Part shown: positions 49,070 through 59,204 of the stretch, piece by piece | Position numbering within the stretch: position 1 is the stretch's first letter | How the letters are laid out: every line of letters begins with the position of its first letter | DNA from: an uncultured Candidatus Saccharibacteria bacterium | Lineage (GTDB): Bacteria > Patescibacteriota > Dojkabacteria > J137 | Reading direction: 5' to 3' | Assembly (NCBI GenBank): GCA_965230975.1 | Contig: OZ246402.1 | Location: 309,304-373,303, forward strand | Length of the DNA stretch: 64,000 nt | Notes under the pieces: generated by a model | Seen by the model: the letters and a program-made list of their open reading frames with translations, nothing else | What the model was told of the DNA's origin: nothing | The model's database searches: none | Translations under genes and position numbers: made by a program

Positions 49070-50398
49070 ATGGCAACGCCAAAAACAGAAGAAAAATCTT
49101 TACCCACATCACCTTTGCTAAACGCACAACCACCAAAAACAAGAAGCACTATAAATCTAAATAAAATGGAAGAATCTAAGTTTACACATAGAAGTGAAAC
49201 TAAATCATCAGAAACAAGCTCCTTAAGAATAATTGCCTATGTAGCAGTTGTTATTGTGGTAGGAGTAGGCGCTGCATTATTGGCTAGGCAGTTAATGGCA
49301 AATAATAATACAGTAGTTGAAAGTGAAGATACTCAAGAACAAGAAACTAATACACAACCAGTTTCTTTCGCAACTTCAAGTTATTTGGTAGATACAATGG
49401 TTAAAAGTGATAGTAGTGCAACAAATAAACCAGAAAATTCAGATTTTAAAACATCATCTTTACTAAGCTTGGGCACAAATAATGTAAACATGGTAAGTGC
49501 AAGTTTAGATTCAATTTCGTATTCAAAATATCAAACTTTTGCTAGAACAACTTTTGTTATGAGTACTACTGAAAATAAGTTTCCAAAAACTAATATTTCG
49601 TATGACTCATCTAAAGATACTTTAAGTTTGGAAATAGTGGGTTTAGCAAATATTACAAGTGAATTAAAAGAAACAAAGAATATTAATGATATTGTTGAAA
49701 CGATCTCTTTTGATGAATCTACTGGAAAGTTTACCCTTCAGTTTTCTCAAACAAGCGTATATAGAGTATATGCAGTAGAAGATACATTGTTTGTAGATAT
49801 TAGAACAGAAGATGAATATACCTCTCAATCTAACGAAGAAACATCAACTTCAAATGAAGATACGGATACATCTAGTCAAACTGAAACTAATACAAATACC
49901 AATTCTGGTTCGACTACAACAACAGATTCAAGTAAACCAACTGCTCCTCATTATGAAAATGATTTTTCTCAAAACACACAATACGTTTCTAGCAAAGTTA
50001 ATACAAAATCAATTGCATTAAATAATTACTATACATGGGACGAAGGAACATTTTTTGAGTTTAGTTGGGCAGAAGAAGACAAAAAAGGAGATGATTATGT
50101 CCCAAATGCTAAGGCTTATTTAAAAGAAGAATCAGGCACAAATTATTTGTATATAGAAATTGAAAATCTAACAAGGGCAACATTGCCAGGTGGAATAACT
50201 GCAGAGGAGATCGCTACAAAAACGAGTGTGAATATGGCAGGTGCAAATTTTGTAGAATTAAGTTTGGTAGAATTTAACCAAACAACCGGAAAAGCTATTT
50301 ACAAGATTGAGTTAAAAAAGAAAGCTAATTTTCAATTATTAACTCAAGAAACATATTTGGGTGATACACAAATTCTAAGCGTACAAATTAAAGACTAA
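49070..50398 (+). CDS. Single-TM surface protein with two beta-rich (AMIN-like) domains and a Ser/Thr linker
   Basis: TM near aa 53-72; T/S/E-rich linker. Confidence 0.65.
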   Translation: MATPKTEEKSLPTSPLLNAQPPKTRSTINLNKMEESKFTHRSETKSSETSSLRIIAYVAVVIVVGVGAALLARQLMANNNTVVESEDTQEQETNTQPVSFATSSYLVDTMVKSDSSATNKPENSDFKTSSLLSLGTNNVNMVSASLDSISYSKYQTFARTTFVMSTTENKFPKTNISYDSSKDTLSLEIVGLANITSELKETKNINDIVETISFDESTGKFTLQFSQTSVYRVYAVEDTLFVDIRTEDEYTSQSNEETSTSNEDTDTSSQTETNTNTNSGSTTTTDSSKPTAPHYENDFSQNTQYVSSKVNTKSIALNNYYTWDEGTFFEFSWAEEDKKGDDYVPNAKAYLKEESGTNYLYIEIENLTRATLPGGITAEEIATKTSVNMAGANFVELSLVEFNQTTGKAIYKIELKKKANFQLLTQETYLGDTQILSVQIKD

Positions 50399-50419
50399 AT
50401 ATCTTTTCTAATAAGATAA

Positions 50420-50457
50420 CCCCGGGAATTGTGAAAACTTTTCCCGGGGATTTTTTT
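50420..50457 (+). terminator. Intrinsic terminator
   Basis: CCCCGGGAA...TTCCCGGGG followed by A and T7. Confidence 0.75.
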
Positions 50458-50505
50458 GCTTTCGTGTTGAGGAATTGGGTCAAATGCATTTACAGTGTGA
50501 TCGGT

Positions 50506-51240
50506 TTAAATTGACTTCATTAACAAATCAATTGACTTTAGCTTTTTTCCTAAAACTTGACTCAGCCAGTTTAGGTGAATTCTAAACATAGAATTAGAAA
50601 GTTCCTCTGTTAAATCTAATCTAAGTGCATTTTTAAGAGTAGAGTTTAATAAAAATCTTTGAGATTTATAAATCAATGGATTAACTTTATTATTTTGACT
50701 GGCTGCATCTTGCGTAACATAACCAATTGCATCTTCTGAAAAATAACCTTCACCCACTACAATCGGGTCTCCTGTATTTACATAATAATTTATTTCTGGA
50801 AGATTACCTGAAGCCTCTAAAACTTTAATAATAAAATAGGAAAGAATTAAAGTAATTTTTGAGGGTTCTGTATTCAATATCTCATTGAAAATAAGGTAAA
50901 TATGAGGGTCGGGATTCTCTTCAAAAGAAAAGTTATCTATAATTTCACAAATAAATTGAAGCGTTGTTATGGATTTTAAATCTGTTTTCCATTTGGCAAA
51001 TTCGTTCAATAAGTTAACCTCGGTAATCAGTGGGGTTGCATATCCACTTATCATACTTGCTTTTATTAAGTTGCCGATTTCTATAGAGTGGGCCTTTCTG
51101 CTATTTTGTTTTTTAACACCTTTAGCAATTGCAACAACCTTTTTCCCACTCTCATCTAAAATACTAACCACTTTATCTGTAGCGCCAGAATTATAAGTTC
51201 TATAGATTATTCCCTTTGTATTTTGAGAACGTGACGTCAT
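50506..51240 (-). CDS. recO: DNA repair protein RecO
   Basis: GII.R......DKVV.IL...GKK..AIAKGVKK..SR OB-fold start; typical length. Confidence 0.88.
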   Translation of the reverse strand: MTSRSQNTKGIIYRTYNSGATDKVVSILDESGKKVVAIAKGVKKQNSRKAHSIEIGNLIKASMISGYATPLITEVNLLNEFAKWKTDLKSITTLQFICEIIDNFSFEENPDPHIYLIFNEILNTEPSKITLILSYFIIKVLEASGNLPEINYYVNTGDPIVVGEGYFSEDAIGYVTQDAASQNNKVNPLIYKSQRFLLNSTLKNALRLDLTEELSNSMFRIHLNWLSQVLGKKLKSIDLLMKSI

Positions 51241-51323
51241 AAATATCTTTTACTACTAATATAATAGCATTACAAATTGATTTGGTGATGACAAAGAAAA
51301 TAAAGTATGAAATACTAGTGTTT

Positions 51324-51572
51324 ATGTACGCGAGTCAACTAAATATTTTAAAAAATATCTTTTGGGAATTTGATATCTCTTTGCTTGATATTACTAAGCA
51401 TTCTGTATTTATTATAGAACGAACATTAGAAAAGGGGAGAGAGGAACATGTGAGTTCTCTTTTTAAAATATACTCAAAACACCAAATACAAAGTGTGTTA
51501 GAATCTTCAAATAACCTTAGCTTTAAAACTAAGAACTTTTGGAGTTTATTCTTTAAATATGCCCTTACATAA
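51324..51572 (+). CDS. DUF6922-like protein, putative antitoxin
   Basis: IFWEFD...LD...H..FIIER.LE.G; overlaps the AbiEii gene. Confidence 0.75.
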   Translation: MYASQLNILKNIFWEFDISLLDITKHSVFIIERTLEKGREEHVSSLFKIYSKHQIQSVLESSNNLSFKTKNFWSLFFKYALT

Positions 51573-52191
51573 AAACACACTAAATACTCAAAGCTTTAAA
51601 CTTTTAGAAAATATAAATTCACACCCTAATTTTAAAAACTTTTATTTAGCTGGTGGAACTTCTTTGGCATTACAAATTGGCCATAGGGAATCAATTGATC
51701 TGGATTTTTTTTCAGGAGTTGAATTTCCTTTTAGCCTTATAGATTCTATTAAAAAGCCATATCAGGCTATATCTATTCATAACAACTCTATAGAAGCCGT
51801 TATGGATGAAACCAAGATTTTCTTTTTTTATTTTGCTTTCCCAAGGTTTAAAGATATTAAAATTATACAAGGAATAAGATTTGCAGACCCGATTGATATT
51901 GGATTAATGAAGTTACTAGCCTTGCAAGGCAGAACAACAAGAAAAGATATTATTGATTTGTTCTTTATAGATAAAGAGATAATCAATTTAGAAGATTTAA
52001 TGGAGATTTTCCAGTATCATTATCCTAAAGAGAAATTCAATTCAATAGACAGTATTAAAACATTGATTGACAGTAGTGTTCTAGATAGTCAGCCAATGCC
52101 TAAAATGCTTGTAGATTTTAATTGGGAAGAATCTAAAATTGTTGTAATTGAAAAGTTAATAAAATCTATATCTAAGTATTTAATAAAATAA
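51559..52191 (+). CDS. AbiEii/AbiGii-family nucleotidyltransferase, putative toxin
   Basis: FYLAGGTSLALQIGHRESIDLDFF, MKLLAL.GR...KD..DL. Confidence 0.9.
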   Translation: MPLHKNTLNTQSFKLLENINSHPNFKNFYLAGGTSLALQIGHRESIDLDFFSGVEFPFSLIDSIKKPYQAISIHNNSIEAVMDETKIFFFYFAFPRFKDIKIIQGIRFADPIDIGLMKLLALQGRTTRKDIIDLFFIDKEIINLEDLMEIFQYHYPKEKFNSIDSIKTLIDSSVLDSQPMPKMLVDFNWEESKIVVIEKLIKSISKYLIK

Positions 52192-52192
52192 T

Positions 52193-52780
52193 ATGAACAA
52201 TAGAGTAGAAAATAAAATCGTTTTATTTGAAAGTAAGGGTTCTAATTCAGACTCATTAAATTCAAATGATATTTTAATTGCGGAGTTTAATTATGCTATG
52301 CAAACAGCAAGCCAATCTAACGAAGATAGGGTTAAGATTTTTCAGTTTGTTGTGGCAAATATTTTAACAATAGCTGCAACGCTTTTCTTTTCAGAATTTG
52401 CACAAAGTGATTTTAAAAAGTTAATGGCATTTGTATTTGTCTTTTTTATGGTTTTTGGGGTTATATCGTTACTTCAGCTTTCTAGGTTAAGGCTGGCTTG
52501 GATAGATAGTGTAAAAGCGATGAATAAAATTAAGGATTATTATATTACTCAAAACGAATCTTTATCTGAGGCATTTTTGTGGAGAACAAGTACCATTCCT
52601 AAAGCTAAAAAAGATTTATCTTTGGCATATTTACTTGCACTATCTTTAATGATAATTAATGCTTTGTCTACAGGTATTGCTTTGCAGCTTATATTCTCAA
52701 ATTATCTAGTATCAATATTGGGTTCTTTTATAGCTTTTGTAGTTCAATTAGTTATTTGGAATAGAGTATTGGGAAAATAA
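52193..52780 (+). CDS. Four-TM membrane protein
   Basis: Two TM hairpins separated by a soluble loop. Confidence 0.7.
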   Translation: MNNRVENKIVLFESKGSNSDSLNSNDILIAEFNYAMQTASQSNEDRVKIFQFVVANILTIAATLFFSEFAQSDFKKLMAFVFVFFMVFGVISLLQLSRLRLAWIDSVKAMNKIKDYYITQNESLSEAFLWRTSTIPKAKKDLSLAYLLALSLMIINALSTGIALQLIFSNYLVSILGSFIAFVVQLVIWNRVLGK

Positions 52781-52782
52781 AT

Positions 52783-53322
52783 ATGAAGGAATCTTTCGAA
52801 GAAATGCTAAAAGGTGGTCATCCTAATTCTTTAGGTAGAACTTTGGAAGTTGTAGAAATAATTGAGAATGATCCCTCAAAACTTGAAGAATTGTATGGGT
52901 GTTATTTTAGTCAAGATGAGTTAGTAAGATTAAGAGTTTCCAACGGTATCAAAAGAATTTCGCGAGAACATAGAGAGTGGCTTATCCCGTATATAGATAG
53001 GCTTTTGAACGAAATATCTAAAATTGATCAAGCTTCTACAAAGTGGACTTTAGCCGAATTATTTAGAACATTAACAGAATTTATGAGTCCAGAACAATAT
53101 TCTAAATCTAAATCTATTTTGAAGCATAATCTAGAGAACGATAAAGACTGGATTGTAATTAACTGGACTATGCAAACTTTGGCAGAGTGGGCTGTTACAG
53201 AGCCTGATTTAAGAGAGTGGCTAAAGCCCAGATTAGTAAAGTTCTCTAAAGACAATCACAAATCTATTAGTGGTAGGGCAAAAAGATTATTAAATGAATT
53301 AAACTATTCTAATCTCCATTAA
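52783..53322 (+). CDS. HEAT/ARM-repeat-like protein
   Basis: GGHPNSLGRT, D..VR.R, DWIV...MQTL; all-helical pattern. Confidence 0.7.
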   Translation: MKESFEEMLKGGHPNSLGRTLEVVEIIENDPSKLEELYGCYFSQDELVRLRVSNGIKRISREHREWLIPYIDRLLNEISKIDQASTKWTLAELFRTLTEFMSPEQYSKSKSILKHNLENDKDWIVINWTMQTLAEWAVTEPDLREWLKPRLVKFSKDNHKSISGRAKRLLNELNYSNLH

Positions 53323-54135
53323 TCTTTGTACTCTTTTTTCTGTAGATGGGTGTGTAGAAAATAATTCTGTAACACCACCACCTTTAAACGGATTCGATAT
53401 ATATAAAGATGACATTGCAGGGTTCCCTTGCTGTAAAGGTATTTGCCTTGATGCTTGGTCTATTTTAATTAGCGCATTTGCCAACCCATTTGGATTTTGA
53501 GTATATTTAGCTGCGGTTGCATCTGCCTCATATTCTCGGGACCTGGAAATAGCAAGTTGAATTAATGTTGCCGAAATAGGTGCTAGTATTAGAATTAATA
53601 AATCTACAATTGGACTTCTGTCTCTATCTCCACCTCCAAAGAATAAACCCAGCTGTGCTATTGAAGAGATTGCCCCTGCAATTACTGCAGCGACCGTTGC
53701 TATTAATACATCTCTATTTTTAATATGGGCTAATTCGTGTGCAATTACCCCTTCAATCTCTTCTTTACTTAGCATTTGAACTAAACCACTTGTAACGCAG
53801 ACAGAACTATTTCCAGGTCCCTTGCCTGTGGCAAATGCATTAGGTTGCATGTTTGGTGAAATGTATAGTTTTGGCATTGGTAAGCCCATTTTGCTGGTTA
53901 GTGATTCGGTTATTGAAAATATTTGAGGACTTTCATTTTTCGAAAGAGGTTTCGCACCATTCATCATTAATGCAATCTTGTCCCCAAAAAGATAGGCGAA
54001 AATGTTGGAGAAAATTCCAAAAAATAAAAATATTATTAAGCCACCTCTTCCGCTAATTAAATAACCAATAACGCCTAGAAGGGCAGTTAGCGCGCCAAAG
54101 AGAATGATTGTTTTGAATGTTGGTGAAAGTCTCAT
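53299..54135 (-). CDS. htpX: Zinc metalloprotease HtpX (M48)
   Basis: PNAFATG, AHELAH..N.D, SRSREYEAD, FSTHP. Confidence 0.95.
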   Translation of the reverse strand: MRLSPTFKTIILFGALTALLGVIGYLISGRGGLIIFLFFGIFSNIFAYLFGDKIALMMNGAKPLSKNESPQIFSITESLTSKMGLPMPKLYISPNMQPNAFATGKGPGNSSVCVTSGLVQMLSKEEIEGVIAHELAHIKNRDVLIATVAAVIAGAISSIAQLGLFFGGGDRDRSPIVDLLILILAPISATLIQLAISRSREYEADATAAKYTQNPNGLANALIKIDQASRQIPLQQGNPAMSSLYISNPFKGGGVTELFSTHPSTEKRVQRLMEIRIV

Positions 54136-54227
54136 ATTGTATAAATTTAGATCTAAAGTATAGGTCTAATTAATATTATACAAGAGTTAGCAGTTAGTAA
54201 TCAAGAGTGATAATACGAGATCTAATG

Positions 54228-54479
54228 TCATGGCCCGCCTAGCATAAACGTACTAATAGATATTACTGCTTCATAGTTACCTTCGATAAATGCCTTCCAG
54301 CAAGCTATTACAATAATGGAGTTTACTATGCAAAAGAGTATAATCTTTACCTTAGTTTTAATAAGTTCTTCTCGTTTATGTGCATTTTTGATTTGCTCAC
54401 TTCTTATGAAATCGTTATTGAGCGTTTTTATCTCTATCTCTTTTTTCACTTCTCTTACGCTTTTTTTTACTTTAGACAT
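54228..54479 (-). CDS. Small membrane protein (charged N-terminus, C-terminal hydrophobic segments)
   Basis: 83-aa ORF. Confidence 0.5.
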   Translation of the reverse strand: MSKVKKSVREVKKEIEIKTLNNDFIRSEQIKNAHKREELIKTKVKIILFCIVNSIIVIACWKAFIEGNYEAVISISTFMLGGP

Positions 54480-54546
54480 ATTTTCTATTTAATCTTGTTC
54501 TATGTCCCGAGTCTTCTTACATTCTCTAAATTTGTCAATAGACAAC

Positions 54547-54627
54547 AAAAAAGCCAGAACATTTTACTTCTGAATAAAATCCATAAGTATGGTTGTTCTA
54601 GCTTTTACTATTCCCTTATTTAAGGGT
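54547..54627 (-). ncRNA. Candidate structured small RNA or attenuator
   Basis: TTTACC-17-TACAAT promoter, 5' hairpin, three-way junction with two G-U pairs, ending in U6. Confidence 0.4.
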
Positions 54628-54669
54628 TATTGAATTGTATCGTAGAATTTTTAAAAGGTAAAGTCTTTT

Positions 54670-55128
54670 TTATAAAGGCATATCTAATCTTCTTACAACT
54701 GCAGTTACAAAAGCTCTGTTTCTAGAACCTGTTAATGCTGTAAATAAGAATTCTGGTAAATGCGATGTATGAGTGTCTTGCAAGTACTCTAGTATAAATC
54801 TTACAAGCATGTGTAATTCTAATTCAATCTTATCTTTTTTAACGCCTTCGATAAATTTAAAGAAATTTTCAATATCACCACACATTAAATAAAGTTCTGC
54901 ATTTTGGAACCCTGCTTGATCTTTATTTTCTAAAAGGTTGTCGATGTTAGCCTTAAAGCTTTCGTAGTCTTGAGTTACAGCAATTGTTTGTGGAATTTCT
55001 AAAGCATCTATACTATCAAGGTATTCTCGAATTGAAAGTTGCCCGGTGTAAATACTATCGTAAAGTCTTTCGAACTGAACTAAGAAGGATTTGTCAGCCG
55101 CTGTTAACACTACCTCATCTGCATCCAT
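54670..55128 (-). CDS. Hypothetical helical protein
   Basis: 152-aa ORF; TATACT 7 nt before the ATG. Confidence 0.6.
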   Translation of the reverse strand: MDADEVVLTAADKSFLVQFERLYDSIYTGQLSIREYLDSIDALEIPQTIAVTQDYESFKANIDNLLENKDQAGFQNAELYLMCGDIENFFKFIEGVKKDKIELELHMLVRFILEYLQDTHTSHLPEFLFTALTGSRNRAFVTAVVRRLDMPL

Positions 55129-55218
55129 ATAAGGAAGTATAATAACTATTTGTGTTATTATACAACTTTTATTGTTTATTTTCCAGAAAATTCTGACAAA
55201 TCCTTGTGCTGTTGGCTT

Positions 55219-55935
55219 TTAGAACTCTAACGATTCTACAAATGAGTCACAAGCTTTAAGTCCAGATTCAGAGGTATTGTTACAAATTATCTGAAAAGAT
55301 TTCTCTTGAACACCATCTTTCTGATTACTTAGCACAGGTGATGCACATATCTTCGTTCCAGGTTTATCGCTACATGACATGTATCCATCTCCCTCAAAAA
55401 ACTTGTTTGTATAAAATACAGTGCCTTCTTCACTTTTTACTCTATAAATGTCTCCTAAAGCGGTGTCCTTATCAATAAGGATCCTTTCAGAGAAAGCGTA
55501 GTTAAAAGCTTCGTACGGTAGTCTAAGTGTAATGTCTAAGCTCTTCGAATCAGTGATATTAATACCCGTAAATGGTAATCCGTTAGTGTTCTTGATTTGA
55601 GTACCAAGGGCATCTTTATAGGTTAGCGCAGTAAAACTGGATGACGGAATGAAATTGTCTAGCGCCTCAATTACATAAGTTTTTCTAGTTTTTGTTTCCA
55701 CTGAAGTTTCAGGAGTACTTGGGTTAGGTTCACCAACTGCAATTCCATTTTGACCCTTGTCATCAAGTGCAATTGCTAAGTCACTTTCTAGTTTAAGAAT
55801 TTGAGAATTTAAGTCGTTTACTTTTAATGTATTTTGGAATTGAGCATTAGAAATATATGCTAGTAAGACTGCTGATGTTGAAAGGAAACCAAGGACAAGT
55901 ATAACTAAAACGAATATTAAGATGTTTTTCTTCAT
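55219..55935 (-). CDS. Membrane-anchored protein, probable paralog of 62757..63416
   Basis: N-terminal TM, coiled coil, MSC.D...T.IC.S motif. Confidence 0.7.
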   Translation of the reverse strand: MKKNILIFVLVILVLGFLSTSAVLLAYISNAQFQNTLKVNDLNSQILKLESDLAIALDDKGQNGIAVGEPNPSTPETSVETKTRKTYVIEALDNFIPSSSFTALTYKDALGTQIKNTNGLPFTGINITDSKSLDITLRLPYEAFNYAFSERILIDKDTALGDIYRVKSEEGTVFYTNKFFEGDGYMSCSDKPGTKICASPVLSNQKDGVQEKSFQIICNNTSESGLKACDSFVESLEF

Positions 55936-56002
55936 AGAATATATGTAAATTAATAACTATTAGTAATAGTTAGTGTACACAATACTTATTAGGAAATCTA
56001 GA

Positions 56003-57877
56003 TTATCTTATACCCATTTGCTGTTTAGCAAAGTCGGTAAGGTTTTCACGCCTTGCCCAGTCTCTTTGGGTCTTAGTTAAGAATTGCTTTCTTAACCTTA
56101 AATTTTGTGGAGTAATCTCTAAAATCTCATCTTTATTTAAGAATAGTAATGCAAACTCTAAAGTTAACGGTTTGATTGCCTTTAAAGATGTTTGTGTAAT
56201 TTCGTCGTGTTTCATTCTAACTGCAGACTTTTGTCTTTCCTTTACAGGGTTAACTTCTAAGTCGTTCTCGTATTTATGAATACCAATAATCATTCCTTCG
56301 TAAACTTGAGTACCTGGTTCTATAATTAAATCTCCTCTTTCTTGAATAGTATTTAAAGAATAACCCATTGCAACACCACTTTCAGATGAAAGTAGTACGC
56401 CTCTTCTAAACATCTCTTCTTGATGTGTATATGGAACGTAATCTAAAAGGAAGTTGTTAATAATCAAGTTACCTTTTGTTTCTGTTAAAAGTTTTGTTCT
56501 TAAACCTAGTAAGTTTCTGGTCAAAATTTTGTACATAAACTTAGCTTGATTAGAGCTATCGTCCATTTCAAGACTAACAAGTTCTGCTTTTCTTTCACTT
56601 AAAGCTTGGGTAACAGTGCCTTGATATTCTGTTGGAACTTCAATGTAAAGCTCTTCTAATGGCTCCATCTTTTTACCTTCAATCTCTTGCATAATAACTT
56701 CTGGTCTTCTTACCTGAAATTCGTAACCTTCTCTTCTCATTGTTTCTATAAGAATTGAAAGTTGAAGTTCACCTCTACCTGCAACGGTATATGCACCTCC
56801 ATCAAGTTTTGTAATTTTTAAAGAGATATTGCTTTCTGCCTCTCTATCAAGTCTTTCTTGTAGTTGTTTAGAAGAAACAAATTTACCTTCTTTACCCATG
56901 AATGGGGATGTATTAGCTTCGAATTTAATTTGAACAGATGGATTAGAGATTTTAATTTCTGATAACTTTTCTGGATTGTTACTAGAAGCTATAGTGCCTC
57001 CAATTGCATTAATATCAATTCCTGATACTCCAACAATATCTCCACTTGATGCTTGGTCAATGTACTTAAAACCAAGTCCATCTCTTGCTCTTATTAGTTT
57101 AACTCTACCACTTACTTTTTGATCTTTTATTAAAACAACAACGCTATCACCAATTTTTACACTTCCTCGTTTAATTTTACCTACCAAGAATTTTCCTTGA
57201 TGAGTATCTTGTTCTACATTTGCAATTTGCATTTGAAAGTCGCCCTCTTCGATTTTTGGAGAAGGGATTGTTTCTACAATTCCATCAAGTAATGGTCTAA
57301 TATCACCTGGAATAGAATTTGAAATAGTTAAATCTCCAGTTGGCATTTCTGTCCACGCTTTTCCCTCTCTTCCAATTGCATAAAATACAGGGAATTCAAG
57401 TTGAGACATATCTGTTGCTAATTGCAAGAATAAGTCGTTAACTTTGTCTAATGCCTTTGATGGATTTGCGAATTTCTTATCAATTTTATTTATTACAACA
57501 ATTGGTTTCAAACCTAGTTCTAAAGCCTTTTTTAATACAAATTTTGTTTGAGGCATTGTTCCTTCTTGTGCATCTACTAAAAGCAAACAACCGTCTGCCA
57601 TGGTTAAAGTTCTTTCAACTTCGCCTCCAAAATCTGCGTGGCCGGGTGTATCGATAATATTTATTTTGTGCCCTTTGTAATTAATTGCAATGTTTTTAGC
57701 CAAGATTGTAATACCTTTTTCTCTTTCAAGTTCGTTTGAATCTAAAATCATCTCTTGATTCATCTCTTCTTGATTATCTCTAAAGATGTTGCTTTGTTTT
57801 AAAAATGCGTCAACAAGAGTAGTCTTACCGTGGTCTACGTGTGCAATAATTGCAATATTTCTTATATTATCGTTCAA
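56003..57877 (-). CDS. typA: Translational GTPase TypA/BipA
   Basis: AHVDHGKTTLVD, GITILAK, DTPGHADFGGEVER, GRGELQL; TTG start. Confidence 0.97.
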   Translation of the reverse strand: MNDNIRNIAIIAHVDHGKTTLVDAFLKQSNIFRDNQEEMNQEMILDSNELEREKGITILAKNIAINYKGHKINIIDTPGHADFGGEVERTLTMADGCLLLVDAQEGTMPQTKFVLKKALELGLKPIVVINKIDKKFANPSKALDKVNDLFLQLATDMSQLEFPVFYAIGREGKAWTEMPTGDLTISNSIPGDIRPLLDGIVETIPSPKIEEGDFQMQIANVEQDTHQGKFLVGKIKRGSVKIGDSVVVLIKDQKVSGRVKLIRARDGLGFKYIDQASSGDIVGVSGIDINAIGGTIASSNNPEKLSEIKISNPSVQIKFEANTSPFMGKEGKFVSSKQLQERLDREAESNISLKITKLDGGAYTVAGRGELQLSILIETMRREGYEFQVRRPEVIMQEIEGKKMEPLEELYIEVPTEYQGTVTQALSERKAELVSLEMDDSSNQAKFMYKILTRNLLGLRTKLLTETKGNLIINNFLLDYVPYTHQEEMFRRGVLLSSESGVAMGYSLNTIQERGDLIIEPGTQVYEGMIIGIHKYENDLEVNPVKERQKSAVRMKHDEITQTSLKAIKPLTLEFALLFLNKDEILEITPQNLRLRKQFLTKTQRDWARRENLTDFAKQQMGIR

Positions 57878-57907
57878 TATCAGGCCTTTAAAAAGTAACT
57901 GGGTATT

Positions 57908-58867
57908 TTACCACTTATTGGCATTAAAAGCACTTCTATTATTGGTTTTGGGAGAATAGAATAGCTCTACAAGATTTATTAAGCTAATAGTGAAGCTAAT
58001 AAGAATTCCAATTAAAATCAGTAGGAAAACTAGACCTATAGATAGTGTATCCTGAGAGCTTAGCTTTTCAATTGACTGCAATTTATCTAAACTCAGGTTT
58101 AACATGCTTAAAACTATTATTGGAGATATGGTTATTGAATTGTGTAACATGTGCAGGTATATTGAATATTTAAGTCCGTATACAGATCTAATAAATGCAA
58201 ACAAAGCTCCGGCTAAAAGTTGTGGTGCAATTAAAAGTGGTATTAAAAACCAAACCTTTTGCAAGTCTGTATAGTTGCTAATGTGAGCAATACCAAATAA
58301 AAATATGCTTAAATATATTAAGACTCTAAAATGTTTTGTGTACCATGATTGGATTTTCTCTTTTTTTATTCGCTTTAAAACTATAAATGCGGATAGTGAA
58401 ACAAGTAGCGTCAAAAGTACTCTAGGTAATAGATCACTAAAAAAGTTTTGAGGTAAAAAAGAGGGTATTAATCCAATTAATAAACCAAGGTTTAATGCGG
58501 TTTTTATATTTGAGTATTTAAGACCAAGTCTAAAGGTTAGTTCTTCTGAAATCGGACCTATAAAGATTACTATTAGTATTATAAATAAGAGTGATTCTGA
58601 GCTAACTAATTGAGCCACGGCATTGTCTTGGGTATTAAACCCTGTAAATGAAAGGCTTATGGCAAGTATTATTCCTAGCAAAATTATTATTGAAAAAACG
58701 AAAGTGTATAACCTTATAGATAGAACTATCTTTTTTAAAAATGATGATTGGTCTATTAAGTCATATTTTGGTTTATACAAAAATTGTATAAATTTGAATA
58801 TCAAACTTTGTTTGTTAAGTTTAATCTTTTGAGAATTCTCCACCTTGTTGTCTATTTCTTTTTTCAA
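57908..58867 (-). CDS. CPBP/Abi-family intramembrane glutamic protease
   Basis: EELTFR, FGIAH, HMLHN. Confidence 0.88.
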   Translation of the reverse strand: MKKEIDNKVENSQKIKLNKQSLIFKFIQFLYKPKYDLIDQSSFLKKIVLSIRLYTFVFSIIILLGIILAISLSFTGFNTQDNAVAQLVSSESLLFIILIVIFIGPISEELTFRLGLKYSNIKTALNLGLLIGLIPSFLPQNFFSDLLPRVLLTLLVSLSAFIVLKRIKKEKIQSWYTKHFRVLIYLSIFLFGIAHISNYTDLQKVWFLIPLLIAPQLLAGALFAFIRSVYGLKYSIYLHMLHNSITISPIIVLSMLNLSLDKLQSIEKLSSQDTLSIGLVFLLILIGILISFTISLINLVELFYSPKTNNRSAFNANKW

Positions 58868-59078
58868 TTTTTTTATCTAAATATTTTACAAGATTCTCTA
58901 CACCTAATCTTACTTCTGGGCTTAATTCTACATTTTGGGTGGCCAAAGCAAATTCTTGTAGGGCTGTTTTTGCCAAAAAATAATCAGTTTGTTCTCCATT
59001 CTCATTGCTGATTTGATAAAGAAAATTGCCAACTATTGCCAGGTTGCTAAATCTTTTCGTTGTTCCTTCGTCTGTCAT
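58821..59078 (-). CDS. Small hypothetical protein
   Basis: Likely start MTDEG at 59078; overlaps the start of the CPBP gene. Confidence 0.45.
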   Translation of the reverse strand: MTDEGTTKRFSNLAIVGNFLYQISNENGEQTDYFLAKTALQEFALATQNVELSPEVRLGVENLVKYLDKKIEKRNRQQGGEFSKD

Positions 59079-59204
59079 GGTTGTTTTATAAAAGTTGAAT
59101 TTATTAATTATGATATAGAAAGTAGAGTGCAATTGTCAATTTTAGCTTTTATTGCTTTTATGCTTTATTTATAAGAAAATTGAAGCTGTTTTAAATTTAA
59201 GATT

